Both the position numbers and the translations under genes were made by a program. Below, in pieces: positions 38,385 to 51,600 of a DNA stretch of 64,000 nucleotides (position 1 is its first letter; each line of letters begins with the position of its first letter). The notes under the pieces are model-generated. The model was not told where the DNA came from, did no database searches, and saw only the letters and a program-made list of their open reading frames with translations. The stretch comes from Chiloscyllium plagiosum. Taxonomy: Eukaryota. Location of the stretch: contig NC_057718.1 in NCBI RefSeq assembly GCF_004010195.1, positions 100,899,637 to 100,963,636 of the forward strand. Direction: 5' to 3'.

Positions 38385-39313
38385 AAGCATCTCTACTCGA
38401 AAGGACAGAAGTAATTTTACCATAACCTCTGATTGCAATAGTAATGTAATTCTGGTCCCTGACTTTGTAGATAATTGTTGGATATAGGTGTGGGTATGCC
38501 CATCAAATCGGAAGAACAATTATCATTTATTTATTTGACCCCAAAGCAAGGAATGAAGGAAAAGGTGAGGGAGACCCGTGACAAGAAGTAACATCAGCCG
38601 AGAGAACGTCACCAGTTGTAAAAGAGTCAAACAAGGCAAAGGTCAGGTGAAAACACAAAAGTCAGCAGCAGTGGGAAATGGTAACAAGGTAAATGAGAAA
38701 ACCAGGGCTGAGACATTCTCCAAGAAGCCAGTCTCTGATAATGGCTACTCACTCACCATCACTTCTGCAAGGCATGCTCTCCTCCTGTTAAAGAAAACAT
38801 TTTTTTCATCACCTCAGGATGTTCCCCAGCATTTCATAGCCAATAAAACACTTCTGAGGTGTATTCCTTGGGAATATAGAGAAACACCCTTTTTTCCCAC
38901 AAATTTAAAAGTGCAAAGATGCTGAATTAAAACACTGCAAATGAGACGAGATGACTCTCACAACTTTTTAATAGCCAAGTTGAGTCTTTTTTGTTGAAGA
39001 ATTTGAAAGTTACTTTTTTTTAAAATGTGTTCATAGGCTAAGGCTTTCCCTTCAGTGATTTTAACACTTTCATCACTGGATTCCTGCAGTAAATGGTTTA
39101 ATATTTCCCACTCGTTTTATTCCGCACCAGAATTACACACAGAACAAATCTTCAGGTTCTTTACTCCATGAAGCATCTCTACTCGAAAGGACAGAAGTAA
39201 TTTTACCATAACCTCTGATTACAATAGTAATGTAATTCTGGTCCCTGACTTTGTAGATAATTGTTGGATATAGGTGTGGGCATGCCCATCAAATCGGAAG
39301 AACTATTATCATT
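38385..39313 (+). repeat. Spaced direct duplication, 143 bp (38385-38527 and 39171-39313)
   Basis: Ungapped alignment by eye with 3 mismatches. Confidence 0.92.
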
Positions 39314-40338
39314 AATGTTCTTGTATCTATTTCTTTGATCTATAGATTTACTTTATTGCTTATATTAATCTTCATGACAGTGCAAGCTCTGAGTTAACAT
39401 CCGTAGAGATGGTCATTAACCTTGAATAATTCAGCCTGTGCATATTATTTAGTTCTTTCTCACTATCAGTCGAGGCAACTCCTCCAAACATATCCCCCAG
39501 ATGGTGTCACCAGTATTCAATGCCAATTTATTTTGGTGCTGGTATTTTTATTGAATTAGCTATCTTTTACTGGGTTAAAATTAGAAATGCGAAGTTGTCA
39601 TCTGGTCTTTAATCTCTTCTCGAACTCAGTCTCTGCTTCACAAAGCTCCATGTCGCTAATCCTCAGAACCCACAAAAATAAACATTCCTAAATCGCCTAT
39701 TGTTTTTCCTTGTGCAAGTGGAAAGGTACTTAATTATAGTTTGTTGATAAACAAATGAGAGTGTTTATTCGGCAGAAAGCTCTGGATGATGGAGAGTATT
39801 GCAGATGAGAATCTTTGCAAAATGCAGGCGGATCTCTGTCAACGCTTTTTAACTGGATTGTCACTAGAGCAGAAATAAAAACTTGCAAGTTGCTTGGTCC
39901 AAACTCTGTCTCTACTGAGAAAATGGATTGCTGCAGCTCGGATTTCAGTCCCAGCTGTTGATGCGGGAAGCATGGATGAAGCTTCAATGTGCTGCTTCTC
40001 CCGGTGGGAATTCTTTGTTCCCAAAAATAACACTATTGCCAGAAACTCAGCCCTGGGTACACATTCCTCATATGCAAAGCTGAAATGTGTGCTTTGGCAC
40101 CATTACCTTTAGTAAACTTGCTAAAGTGGCCACTCTGTGTTGTGTTCCATCTGCACCATAATTTCCCCAAAGAAACTTTTTTATTGCTTCTGGGAGAGTG
40201 TCACACTTTTTTTTTCCATGTTGCGTGGTCTACCAGACTTTCTGGGAAACTCAGATCCCAGATCTCGTTTGTTTTAGTAGTTGCTTCTTGACCATGAGCA
40301 CGTGTTTCTGGACTGAAGGGTATTGCTGCTGGATGTAT

Positions 40339-41102
40339 ATAGAGTCATGGAGATATACAACATGGAAACAGACCCTTTGGTCCAACCTGTTCATGCTGAC
40401 CAGACATCCCAACCCAATCTAGTCCCATCTGCCAGCACCTGGCCGTTATCCCTCCAAACCCTTCCTATTCATATACCCATCCAGATGACTTTTAAATGTT
40501 GCAATTGTACCAGCCTCCACCACTTCCTCTGGCAGCTCATTCCATACACATACCACCTTCTGCCTGAAAATGTTGCCCCTTAGGCCTCTTTTATACCTTT
40601 CCCCCCTCACCCTAAACCTATGCCCTCAAGTTCTGGACTCACCCACCTCAGGGAAAAGACCTTGTCTATTTATCCTAGCCACACCCTCATGATTTTATAA
40701 ACCTCTATAAGGTCACCCCTCAGCCTCCGACGCTGCAGAGAAAACAGCCCCAGCCTGTTCAGCCTCTCCCTGTAGCTCAAACCCTCCAACCTTGGCAACA
40801 TCCTTATAAATCTCTTCTGAACCCTTTCAAGTTTCACAACATCTTTCCGATAGGAAGGAAGCCAGAATTGCGCGCAATATTTCAACACTGGCCTAACCAA
40901 TGTCCTCCCAGCAGCAACATGACCTCCTGTACTCAGTACTCTGACCAATAAAGGAAAGTGTGCCAAACGCCTTCTTCATTTTCCTATCTACCTGCAAAAC
41001 TACTTTGAAGGAACTATGAACCTGCACTCCAAGGTCTGTTTGTTCAGCAACACTCCTTAGGTCCTTACCATTAAGTGTATAAGTCCTGCTAACATTTGCT
41101 CT
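40339..41102 (-). mobile_element. CR1 LINE 3' fragment
   Basis: DLGVQVHSSFKV...LVRPVLKYCAQFW...LERVQKRFIRML...RGDLIEVYKI. Confidence 0.9.
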
Positions 41103-41699
41103 ATTTGGAAAGGTCTTCTCTGCCTCCAATCCATGAGATGCCAGTCCTAGCAATGTCTCCATCCCATCTAATATAATGCTGGAAAGCTTATACACACAGA
41201 TTTCCCTAGATATTGGAGTGTGTGTATTAATGCTAATTGGTGCATTAGTCTAGATGAATGAGAATTACTTCAGCTTCAGGCAGTAGTGGGATGATAAATG
41301 GAAACTGTTAAGCCTGTGGACAAAGCAACTCACAGGTGTACATTTACAATATGTGCTTATAAAGCTCAGATAGTCCAGAATATTAGCTTGCTGGAGAGTC
41401 GAGGCTGATTGGGGATGCAATGCTTGAATAGAATATTGGTTATTATCTGAGAGCCAGTTACACAAATGACCTAAGAAGTAGAAGACAAATTATAACTTGG
41501 ATTATAAATCCAAGATGTTTTCTTTCAATGTTTTTGTTGACAAAGGCAGGAGGGGTTGAGAAGGGCCCTAACCTCCTGGAATAATCTGGCTACTGTCCAA
41601 ACTTTTAACTGGGGAAATGGATAGAGGGTGTCCATTTGGAGGGCTCCAGATTATGCATAGGGGCAAATATCACAGACACTGCACGGATCAATGTCTGAC

Positions 41700-42024
41700 C
41701 GGGTGGCTCAGTGGTTAGCATTGCTGCCTCACAGCACCAGGACCCAGGTTCGATTCCACCCTGGGGTGACTGTGTGGAATTTGTATGTTCTCCCCATGTC
41801 TGTGCGGGTTTCCTCCGGGTGCTTCGGTTTCCTCCTACAGTGCAGAGATGTGCAGGTTAGATGAATTTGTCATGCTTATTGGTCATGCTTAATTGTCTGC
41901 AGAGTCCAGGGATGTGTAGGCTGGCTGAATTAGCCATGGGAAATGCAGGTGGGATGCTCTTGAAGGGTCGGTGTGGACACGATGGACCAAATGACCTGCT
42001 TCCACAGTGTAGGGATTCTATGAC
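41700..42024 (+). mobile_element. HE1 SINE
   Basis: GGTGGCTCAGTGGTTAGC...GGTTCGATTCC head, V-domain and GATTCTATGA tail. Confidence 0.85.
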
Positions 42025-42849
42025 TGTAACCACGTCCCAAACAAAAAGATTATAGAGGTATTAGATGAGTTCAGGGGAGAATGACCAAGTAAGACAGACC
42101 CTGGCCTTAGGTGACCACTTTGAGGAAAGACTTGAGCAGTAAGTTTATTTTCTCAAGGGAATGAAGACTGAGGGGAAATGCAATACCGCTGTTCAAAGTA
42201 ATGAAAGACTGAGGGTAACTAAAGCAGTTATCCATCTTGAAACAAAACACAGGACCAGAGGCCATTAGTGCAAAGTTCACAACCCTTGACTGAGTCTCAT
42301 TAGAAAATGGCAAAACAAAAATACCTCTCCCCTTCAAAATCTTGGACATTTGGGCAAATATTTAGGCAAGTTAAAACAGGAATGTTGGACAAGAACAGGC
42401 CATTCAGCTCCTCAATCCTGTTCACCATTAAATTGTTGCTAATCTCTAATGTGGTTCCATCACCCTCATAGGCCTTACCTCGTAAAAATTGGTCTGCTTC
42501 GGTTTTTGGATTTTCCAATTGATTTCCAATTGGGGGAGAGAGTTCCAGATTTGATTTACTTTAGTCACATGTACCTAAGTACAGTGAAAAGCTTTGTTTT
42601 GCAAATAGTACAGGCATATCATAGCAAACACAGAGCATGGGTGATCATGGGAGTCCTAGATTTCTACCCCGTTTGTATGGGCTAGTGTTTTCTGACATCC
42701 TGTCTGAATGGCCTGCCTCTAATTTAAACATCATGTCTTTTTGTTGTGGACATGTCTGATGGAAGAAATAGTCTCTCTCTCTCTCTTTCCCTCAGTCCCA
42801 ACACTTCCAGTTGTTAATCAGTTAAACACTTCGATTAAATTATCCCTTG

Positions 42850-43113
42850 AGAGCACTCCTGTGGCACAGTGGTAGTGTTCCTATCCCTGGACTGAGAGAC
42901 CCAAGCTCAAGTCTCACCTGTTCCAGAGGTGTGTAATAACATCTCTGAACAGGTTGATTTGAAAAATAAGTTTTTAAAAAAAAGTCATCCTTTGAAGGGG
43001 CTGTTGTGATGCAGGGTAGTGTCACTGCCTCTAAACCAGGAAGCCTGGCTTCCAGATTGATCTGTTCCAGAAATGTGTAATCATATCCCTGAAAAGGTTG
43101 ATTAGAAAAATAT
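42850..43113 (+). repeat. Two tandem diverged copies of a short (about 115 bp) tRNA-like SINE
   Basis: Both units contain CTGTTCCAGA..TGTGTAAT...CTGAA.AGGTTGATT.GAAAA; reverse copies near 47025-47137 and 55845-55937. Confidence 0.6.
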
Positions 43114-43548
43114 CAAAATCATCCTTTAACCTCCACATTGAAAGGAAAACAAACCAATTACTTTTTAATGGTGAAACGTTGTTGGATATCATAGTGATTT
43201 CCCATTATCTGACAGACAGCTCATCCGCTCCACAATAACGTGTACTTTGACCATCTGATACAGTACTGTGTTTGGGTTTTGGTGAGATAATTGGTAGTTA
43301 GTCATGCAGTCAGCTCCAGGTATGTTATATTTCTATAAAGTAAAACAAAGAACTGTGGATGCTGGAGATCTGAAACAAAAATGAACATTGCTGGAGAAAC
43401 TCAGTTGGTCTGGCAGCACCTATGGCGAGAGAGGAACAGAGTCAGTGTTTTGAGTCCAATGAGTCTTCCGATTAACTCTGCTTTCTTCCCACGGATGCTG
43501 CCAGGCCTGCTGAGTTTCTCCAGCAATGTATGCTATACTGTGGTTTAG

Positions 43549-43730
43549 GCGAATGTGAGGACTGCAGATGCTGGAGAGTCAGAGTTGAGATTGTGGTGCT
43601 GGAAAAGCACAACAGGTCAGACAGCATCCGAGGAGCAGGAGACTTCCTGATGAAGGGCTTTTGCCTGAAATGTCAATTCTCCTGCTCCTTGGAATCTGCC
43701 TGATCTGCAGTGCTTTTCCAACACCACACT
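43549..43730. mobile_element. Palindromic Penelope-derived element
   Basis: Inverted arms, CTGATGAAGGGCTTTTGCCTGAAATGTC core, 16-bp TSD with one mismatch at 43533-43548 and 43731-43746. Confidence 0.8.
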
Positions 43731-43966
43731 CTATACTTTGGTTTAGCTGGGTCAGACCCAAATTGTTGTCGATAATGTGTATCTTGTGTTAGGATGAATG
43801 TTTGAAAAGTTGTTAAGCCATCCTATAGTCACAAAAGACCCCACATCAGTCAGCAGATGTTGACGTGCCATGTCTGATTTTAAACCATACAGAATAATTC
43901 CAATGTTTTATGTATTTGCAATGCAGTTTTATATATGCTACCACCTGACTAACTTTTCTTGCAAGT

Positions 43967-44449
43967 GTTCAGAAAGATTTACAAGAATGTTGCCAGGGTT
44001 GGAGGGTTTGAGCTCCAGGAAGAGGCTGAATAGGCTGGAGCTGTTTTCCCTGGAGCGTTGGAGGCTGAGGGGTGACCTTTTAGAGGTTGATAAAATCATG
44101 AAGGGAATGGATAGGGTAAATAGACTAGGTCTTTTCACCAGGGTAAGGGAATCCAAAACTAGAGGCAGAGATTTAAGGTGAGAGGGGAAAAATTTAAAAG
44201 GGACCTGAGGGTCGACCTTTTCACACAGAGGGTGATGTGTGTACGGAATGAACTGCCAGAGGAAGTGGTGGAGGCTGGTTCAATTACAACATTTAAAAGG
44301 CATCTGGATGGATACATGAATAGAAAGGGTTTAGAGGGATATGGGGAAAATGCTGGCAAATGAGACTAGATTAATTTAGGATATCTAGTCAGCATGGACA
44401 ATTTGGACCTAAGGATCTGTTTCCATGCTATACATCTCGATGACTCTAT
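43967..44449 (+). mobile_element. CR1 LINE 3' fragment
   Basis: Same young subfamily as 19522-20104; ends GATGACTCTAT. Confidence 0.9.
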
Positions 44450-46839
44450 CACTTCCCTCCTACATTCATGTGTATATTTCACAATTTATTGTCTTCAGAG
44501 GAGCTGAAGTTGAGATATAATAATTAGTAAGCAACAATTTATTGCCTTCTGAAGAATTTGGGCTTCAAGTCATCATACGCAGAAATAGGCTATTTGGCCA
44601 ATCAATTCTGTGCTGTACTCTTGTAATGTGTCAAGCCAGAAGATGAAGGATAACACAACACATGATATTAGCTTAGTCATAAATGCCAAGAAGCCCAAAG
44701 AAATAGACTTCACCCTAGATCTCACTGAGTAAAGTGCTTTTTCATTCTGTGAAGCTTGAAATGTAAAATTGACATTGTTGACTTTAAATCAGCATTGTAA
44801 AGTCCTTCTCTTGTCTCGCCCTTTCCTTTTTATAAACTTGCTTGGAGCAGGGCTTATATTTTTGGGGTTTAGGTGGGAATATGGTGTTGAGACCATGATT
44901 AGATAGGCCAAGATCCTACTGGAGAGTGGACCAGACTCAAGGGGTTGGATGGCCAAGGGCTGATCCGAGTTCGTAAGACACACCTTACAACAACTTTTCA
45001 TGACTGGGAATGATGACTGATAATGTACAAATTTCAATGACATATTGAGTGAGGACTGTCTATCAGAGGTGCCTGTCTTTCAGCTGAAGTATTAAACCTG
45101 TCAGATGGACAAAAAAATAACAATTCCCTGATATTTTACTTGAAGTCAAAGAATTGCCAGTTTCAATCAAAATCACTGAAACAGATTTTTCAATCACTTA
45201 TCTCACGGCAGTCTGTGGAACAATGCTGGTCTCAAATTGGCTCCTGAATTTCCCTACGTTACAACAGTGATCAGATTTCAAAAGACTTTATATTTCCTTC
45301 TTTCTTTTCTTGTTTCCTTCCATCTTTCTTTCTTTATTTATTACCTTTTTGTATAGGTCATCCCGTAGTACTGTTTGGTAGAAAGTCTTTGGCTTTGACC
45401 CAGTGACAGTGGAGGAAGGTGATATATTTCCAAGTCAGGAATGGGGAGTGACTTGGAGGGGAACTTGCATGAAGTGATGTTCCCATGTACCTTCTGCCCT
45501 TGTCCTTCTAAATGGTGGAGACCACAAGTTTGGAAAATGCTGTCAAGGAACCTTGAACCTTGGGATTAAATGGTAAACAAGAGACATAGTCCGAGAATTA
45601 GGGCCAGGCTATTCAGGAAAGATGTTAGGAAGCATGTCTACACACCAAGGGTGGTGGATGTTTGGAACTCTCTTTGACCAAGGGCAAATGGATGCCTCAT
45701 TTTTGATAAGCAAAGGTATGAAGGGAAATGGGCAAAAGGTAGGTTTATGGTGTAAGGCCACAGATCAGCCACGATCTCATTGAATGGGCTGAATGGCCTC
45801 TTCCTGTTCCTGTGTTCCTATGTACATACTTGAGCTGCAATGTACCACTGGTGGAGAGGGCAGATGTTTAAGTTGGTGGATGCAATGCCAATAAAAAGGA
45901 AGACGTTTGTTTGCAGTTTTACAAACCTCACAGGAACATCCACTCAGTTGAATAAGTCCATATGGGTGTTTATGGCCCATGTGAGATTCCACCAACTCTC
46001 TTGATCTCACCCATATCAATACTTAATTCTCTTTTACTCACTCTCAAGCTTGTCCACCTTGCCTTTAACTTTTTTTCATCTATTCCCAATTGTCATGAGT
46101 TTCATATTCTCACCATGCTCTTGGTAAAGAAGATTCTCTTGAATTCCCTGTTGGACTTATTAGTAACTGGCTTGTATTTATGGCCCTAAGCTCCGGTCTC
46201 AGCTGCACTTTAAGTGTTATCAGAAGACATCTTTCAAAGCTATGGAGTATTGTATAGTTAGCAAATGTCATTTGCAGGCACATTTATATCATGTCTAGCC
46301 ATGAGTTCCTAAGCTGATCTAACATGGGCGATCTAATTGTGGTCAAGAAGAATCCTTCAATCACTCTGTCAGCCTGATTTGAATGTCAGTCACAGAGGTG
46401 AAAAAATGTCTCACAATTCCTTTTGTAGTTGGTTCTCACTGCTCTCCTTGTTTCAGAGACAGATGTTGATTCCTGTGGTGTATGACTTAGTGCAATGTTG
46501 TGTCTAAGTAAAATTAATGTGTCGTGGATTTTTGAAGCTGACTTGGAGCAAGATGAATTTAAACAAAAAGACAAGGTTGCTACTTTCCTGAACTGCACAC
46601 ACCTACTGCAAGCATGTGCCAACAAAAAAACCTCAAAGTGGTCGAACCGTTTTTTAAATGTAAGTTTGTTTTCTGACTTCTTCCTGAAGGGTTACAGCAA
46701 AGCTGTCTGCCATTGTGAAAGTATAATGTCGCAACCCTCAAAGTAACAGGCTCTTTGGTTTACTCCTGTTTCTTTCTCTTGAGAAATTATTTTTGTAGAT
46801 TTAGTCAATGCTTTTTCTTTGACCTACCAAGTACACAGT

Positions 46840-46967
46840 CATTCTTGATGAAGGGCTTTTGCCTGAAACATCAATTTTCCTGCTCCCCGGATGCTGCCTG
46901 ACCTGCTGTGCTTTTCCAGCACCACTCTAATCTTGACTCAAATCTCCAGCATCTGCAGTACCCACTT
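46840..46967 (+). mobile_element. Penelope terminal-repeat fragment
   Basis: Same family; 17-bp TSD CCTACCAAGTACACAGT at 46823-46839 and 46968-46984. Confidence 0.8.
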
Positions 46968-47257
46968 CCTACCAAGTACACAGTTGTAGTACACTAGAGA
47001 ATAAAATTCTTCACAACCATCAGGAGATATTTTGTAATCAACCCATTCAGAGATGTAATTAACACACCTCTGGAGCAGGTTGGACTTGAACTTGAGCCTC
47101 CTAACTCATAGGGAGAGACACTATCACTGTGCCACACAACCAGCAGCAGATGCTTGGATTTCAACCATACTGCCAGCCTTAAGTCAAGCAGCGATACTAT
47201 GAAACAGAACCAAATAGAGTCCGACATAACAGCAGACAAAAAAAAGGCTGAAAAAGC

Positions 47258-47910
47258 TCAGAAACAAAAACAAAAACTACTGCAGAAATTCAACAGCATC
47301 TGTGGAGGGAAAAAAGAGATAACATTTTGGGTCCAGTGACCCTTCTTCAAACCCATTGAGTTTTCCAACAATCTCTTTTTCTGTATCTGATTTCCAGTAT
47401 CCACAGTGCTCATTTTTACTGGAGAAAAACTCAGCAGCTCCGGCAATATTCATGGAGAGAGAAACTGTATTAATGACCTTTCATCAGAGCTGAAGAGAAA
47501 TGGAGTTTTAAGAGTATTTAAGCCATTGGGAGAGGGGAGAGCGCTGGAAGAGGAACGGAGAAGTTTGATGATAGGGTGGTGGCTGAGGGAGAGTGTACAA
47601 TAAATTGTAATAACAGAACTGCGACAGGGTTTCCTGTCCTCACTTACCACTCTAACAGTCTCCACACTCCTGAGTCCCGATGAAGAGCTCCGGCCCGAAA
47701 CATCGATTTTCCTGCTCCTCGGATGCTGCCTGACCTGCTGTGCTTTTACAGCAACACACTCTCAACTCTGATCTCCAGCATCTGCAGATCTCACTGTCTC
47801 CACACTCAACAGGTCATCCTTTGTCATTTCAACAAGTTCTAACATAATGCAAGCACCGAAGGTGTTTTCATTGCCCTCCCCTTGTAGCATTCTGCAGGGA
47901 TTGTTCCTGT
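47258..47910. mobile_element. Cluster of Penelope-like remnants, with a younger terminal-repeat insert at 47670-47795
   Basis: Older GTTAAC-type arms plus decayed ORF-like sequence (about 47623-47910), interrupted by an insert with TSD GTCTCCACACTC at 47658-47669 and 47796-47807. Confidence 0.65.
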
Positions 47911-47964
47911 TGTATGATGGATCCTCCCCATAGCTCTGTTTGGTGAAGGATACATCAGTTGGTT

Positions 47965-48290
47965 GGACGTCTGGTCTGCAGTGCAGAGTGACACCAACAG
48001 CTTGGATTGAATTCCTGCACTAGCTGAGGTTACCATGGAGGTCCCACCTTGACGTTCACTTGAGGCATGGTGACCCCCAGATTAAACCTGGAGGACATCT
48101 TGCAGGCGATGGTGTTCCTATGCACCTGCTGTCCTTGTCCTTCTAGGTGGTAGTGGTCCCAGGTTTGGACATTGCTGTCAAAGGAGCTTGTAGATGGTGT
48201 ACACTGTTAAAACACCACCAGTTGTCTCTCTCTAATGAGAGAGCAGTCCTTTGATCCTCTGGGAATATGGCAACTTTACCTTGACTTTTA
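47965..48290 (+). repeat. SINE-like repeat family, also at 1-135 (+) and about 7515-7700 (-)
   Basis: Shared core TTAAA(A)C(C)ACC.CCA..GTCTCT...AATGAGAGAG and an ACTTT-type tail. This copy is interrupted by a LINE fragment near 48095-48200. Confidence 0.5.
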
Positions 48291-48365
48291 TAGGCAGATA
48301 TAGCAAGGTCTGGACCAAATTGTAACACGTGCCTTCCCTCTGCATAAACCCACTTCAAGTGAATG

Positions 48366-48695
48366 ATTAGATTAGATTCCCTACAGTATGGAAACAGGCC
48401 CTTCGGCCCAACAAGTCCCCACCAATCCTCCAAAGAGTAACCCACCCAGACCCATTCCCCTAACCCTATATTTACCCCTGACTAATGCACCTAACATTAT
48501 GGGCAATTTAAGCAAGGCCAATCCACCTGACCTGCAATTTTTGGATTGTTGGGGGAAACCAGAGCACCTGGAGGAAACCCCCACGCAGACACGGGGAGAA
48601 TGTGCAAACTCCACACAGACAGTCGCCTGAGGTGGAATCAAATTCTGATCCCTGGCGCTGTGAGGCAACAGTGCTAACCACTGAGCCACCCTGTC
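48366..48695 (-). mobile_element. HE1 SINE
   Basis: Full-length reverse copy with (ATTAG)n tail on the plus strand. Confidence 0.85.
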
Positions 48696-51600
48696 ACCTT
48701 GTAATGCATGTTTCATTACAAAAGTGGTTGGCTGGTTGGTTACGTCGTGAGATCCTGCTGCATTGAGCTACTTGATGGCTGTGATTTCATGCAGAAAAGC
48801 TTCCTTTAAAATAGAAGCTATAACAGGAGAATGTTGGTGTATAGTATATTGATTTATTTAGGTTGCTGCACTCAATATCTGTCTCATGTTCGACTCTTGT
48901 TAACTAATCTTGGTGATTTCGCAGCAAGAATTTCAAATTTGTCCACTTTGCAACGGCATTCGAATTTCTTTCAGAAATGCAAACCAGAATGATCTCAGAG
49001 GAGATTGACTCTGAAAGAGTGTGGATGCTGTGGAAGGAACAAAATCTTTAAATGCATTAGGTTCAGCAGACTGGGCTCTTTCAAAGCGGCGATGCCTACT
49101 GCAGACAATTCTGGTTTTGAAGGACGTCCGCGTTATTACAAAGGGGCAGCACCTCGACACCTGTTCAGCTTTACTTCGGCAAAATGAGGAGCGCAGTAAT
49201 CCAGCCACTCAGCAGCAGATTGCTGTGGGCTGCTGAGGCTGGGCAGCAGGAGGAAATTAAGCAGCGAGGATTTTCCTAGTGAGAATTGGAAATTTCTGCC
49301 TGAGAGTTACAGCAGTATTGTATTTACATCAACAACGCATGCAGCCCTGCCACTGGGTTGCTTCATCAACTTGCCAGGACATGAATTTAATTACTAAACG
49401 TAGCATCTGGATAGGCTCCCTACATCTTCAGTTATGAGCTGTGGGAGTTTGATTTTGTGAACCACACACATTTGAGCAAAAGGAAATTTTAATTAATAAA
49501 TGAAGACTTGAAGCAAGATGGAAAGTTAAGTTGGATTGATTTTGTTTTGTTCTTGTTAATGCTCATCTTTGTTTCAAGAGCTTGGTTATGTTTGCTGTTA
49601 ATATAAAGTAAGGTGCGAGGCCATATTGCTAATTAAGCCAGCATTAACCTACTTAGTAATTTGTTTTTGTTTAATCATTCTCAGGATGTAGGCAAAAAAT
49701 CTCTTTTTATTATAACCCATCCCTATTTGCCCAGAGAGACGGTAAGACTCAACAACATTGCTGTGGGTCTGGAGCCACATGTAGGCCACACCAAAATAGT
49801 AGTTTCCTTCCCTCAAGGACATTGGTGAACCAGATGGTTTTTTTTTCCTGATAATGAACAATGGATTCATGGTCTTCGTTAGACTATTAATTCTAGATTT
49901 TTAAAAATTGAATTCAAATTCCACCATCTGCCACTGCAGGATTCGAACCCAGGTGCCCAGGACATTACACGGGTCTCTGGATTAACAGTCTCGTGACAAT
50001 CTATCATTAGGCCTTTGCCTCCTGTCATACATAATTATTTTCAAATTCCAAACAAAAACATGAACAAAAAATGTTGGAAATGCTCAGCAGATCCGACAGC
50101 ACCTGCAGAGAGAAATGGAGCTAATGTCTGGAGCCAGTGACCATTCATGACGACTAAGAATTTTAGTAACTTATACTATATTTAAGGCCTAGTTGTAAAT
50201 CCACAAATCTCTGAGGGTCTTGGAATGGCAGTGCTTGGGGAGGGGGCCTTGCAACATGTTCGTGATATGTTTCTGATTTTCCTCATTACCCCTAATTTGT
50301 CTGCCGTCGGAATGGGGAAAGTGTTCCAGGGAAGCAGTGGCTTAATTTTAAAAGGCAAAATCACATCCTAAGACCAGTTGTGTTATGGCACTGATGGCAA
50401 TCAGTAGAATTGTGCTTATTTTTAATTTTCTCCTGGGATATGGGTGTCGTTGGCTGGGCCAACATTTATTGCCCATCCCCAGTTGCCCCTTGAGAAGGTT
50501 GGGATGAGCTGCTTCTTGAACCGCTGTAGACCACAATGCCCTTAGGGAGGCATTTCCAGGATCCAGAAACACTGAAGGAACGGCGAAATATTTCCAAGTC
50601 AGGATGGTGGGTGGCTTGGAGGGGAACATACAGGAGGTGGTGTTCCCATTGTTGTATGTTGCAGGGTATGTCGGTGGCTGAATTGGTTCTGAATTTGAAA
50701 GACTTCTGTTAGATCAGAGGCACTCTACCTGCTCAGCATTACCCTCCCCACTCATTACTCCCTGTACTCTACCCCATTCCTTTCCCTATTCCTGATTAAC
50801 CACAGATTAATTGTTATTGTGGACTTATTATACATATGACTACTCAATGTTAAAAGTTTAGGGGAAACCATTATCCATCGGCTCAGTCAGTACATGTAGA
50901 AAAGAAAAGTTAATTTGATGCTGTCCAGTTCTCATCTGTTTGAAAAAAATCCAGCATTTCTTGTTTTAATTCCACATTTCCAGCATTTGCAATTTAAAAT
51001 AAAATACATTCTTCTCCTCTGGAGCATTTTGATTGTTAAGGTAATTTGGGTTTGCATTCCAATCTGCTTTGAAAACTGCTAGTAAAGGATTCGTTTTGGT
51101 TTATAAAGAGAAAACACCATTTGCTCTTGGACTTGACTTAATCCTGTGGATTTGAAAATACTTCCAAAAGAATTTTAGTTTATTTTTATATAGTGGATGG
51201 TAGGAGGTGGGGGCAGAGAGTTGACTTTGTTGTTTGTTTAGGAGCTGATGAATCATTTGAAGTTCTGTTGTGGTGCTCAGAATTCTTTTGTATTTTTCTT
51301 GACCTATACTTGCTTGGGCCATGTCAGAGCTCGAATCTTCTTATAGACTTCAAAATAGAGCTCCAGTGCATTCCTATGCATTCAGTTCCAAGTATTATGG
51401 ATTATTCTTTCTATTGATTTCCGCCTCTAGGCACATGAACAAGTCTGTGAGTCCTCAAGAAGCTGGTGCTGCTTAAATGATGGAGACTGGCCAACGGACA
51501 TTTGTAGCCCCAACTGTCTTGAAAGGTTAGAGGCAGCTAGGAATGCAGCATGTCTGTTTGCTTTGCAGCTTTTGATCTTCAGCCGTCACGATTGTACTCT

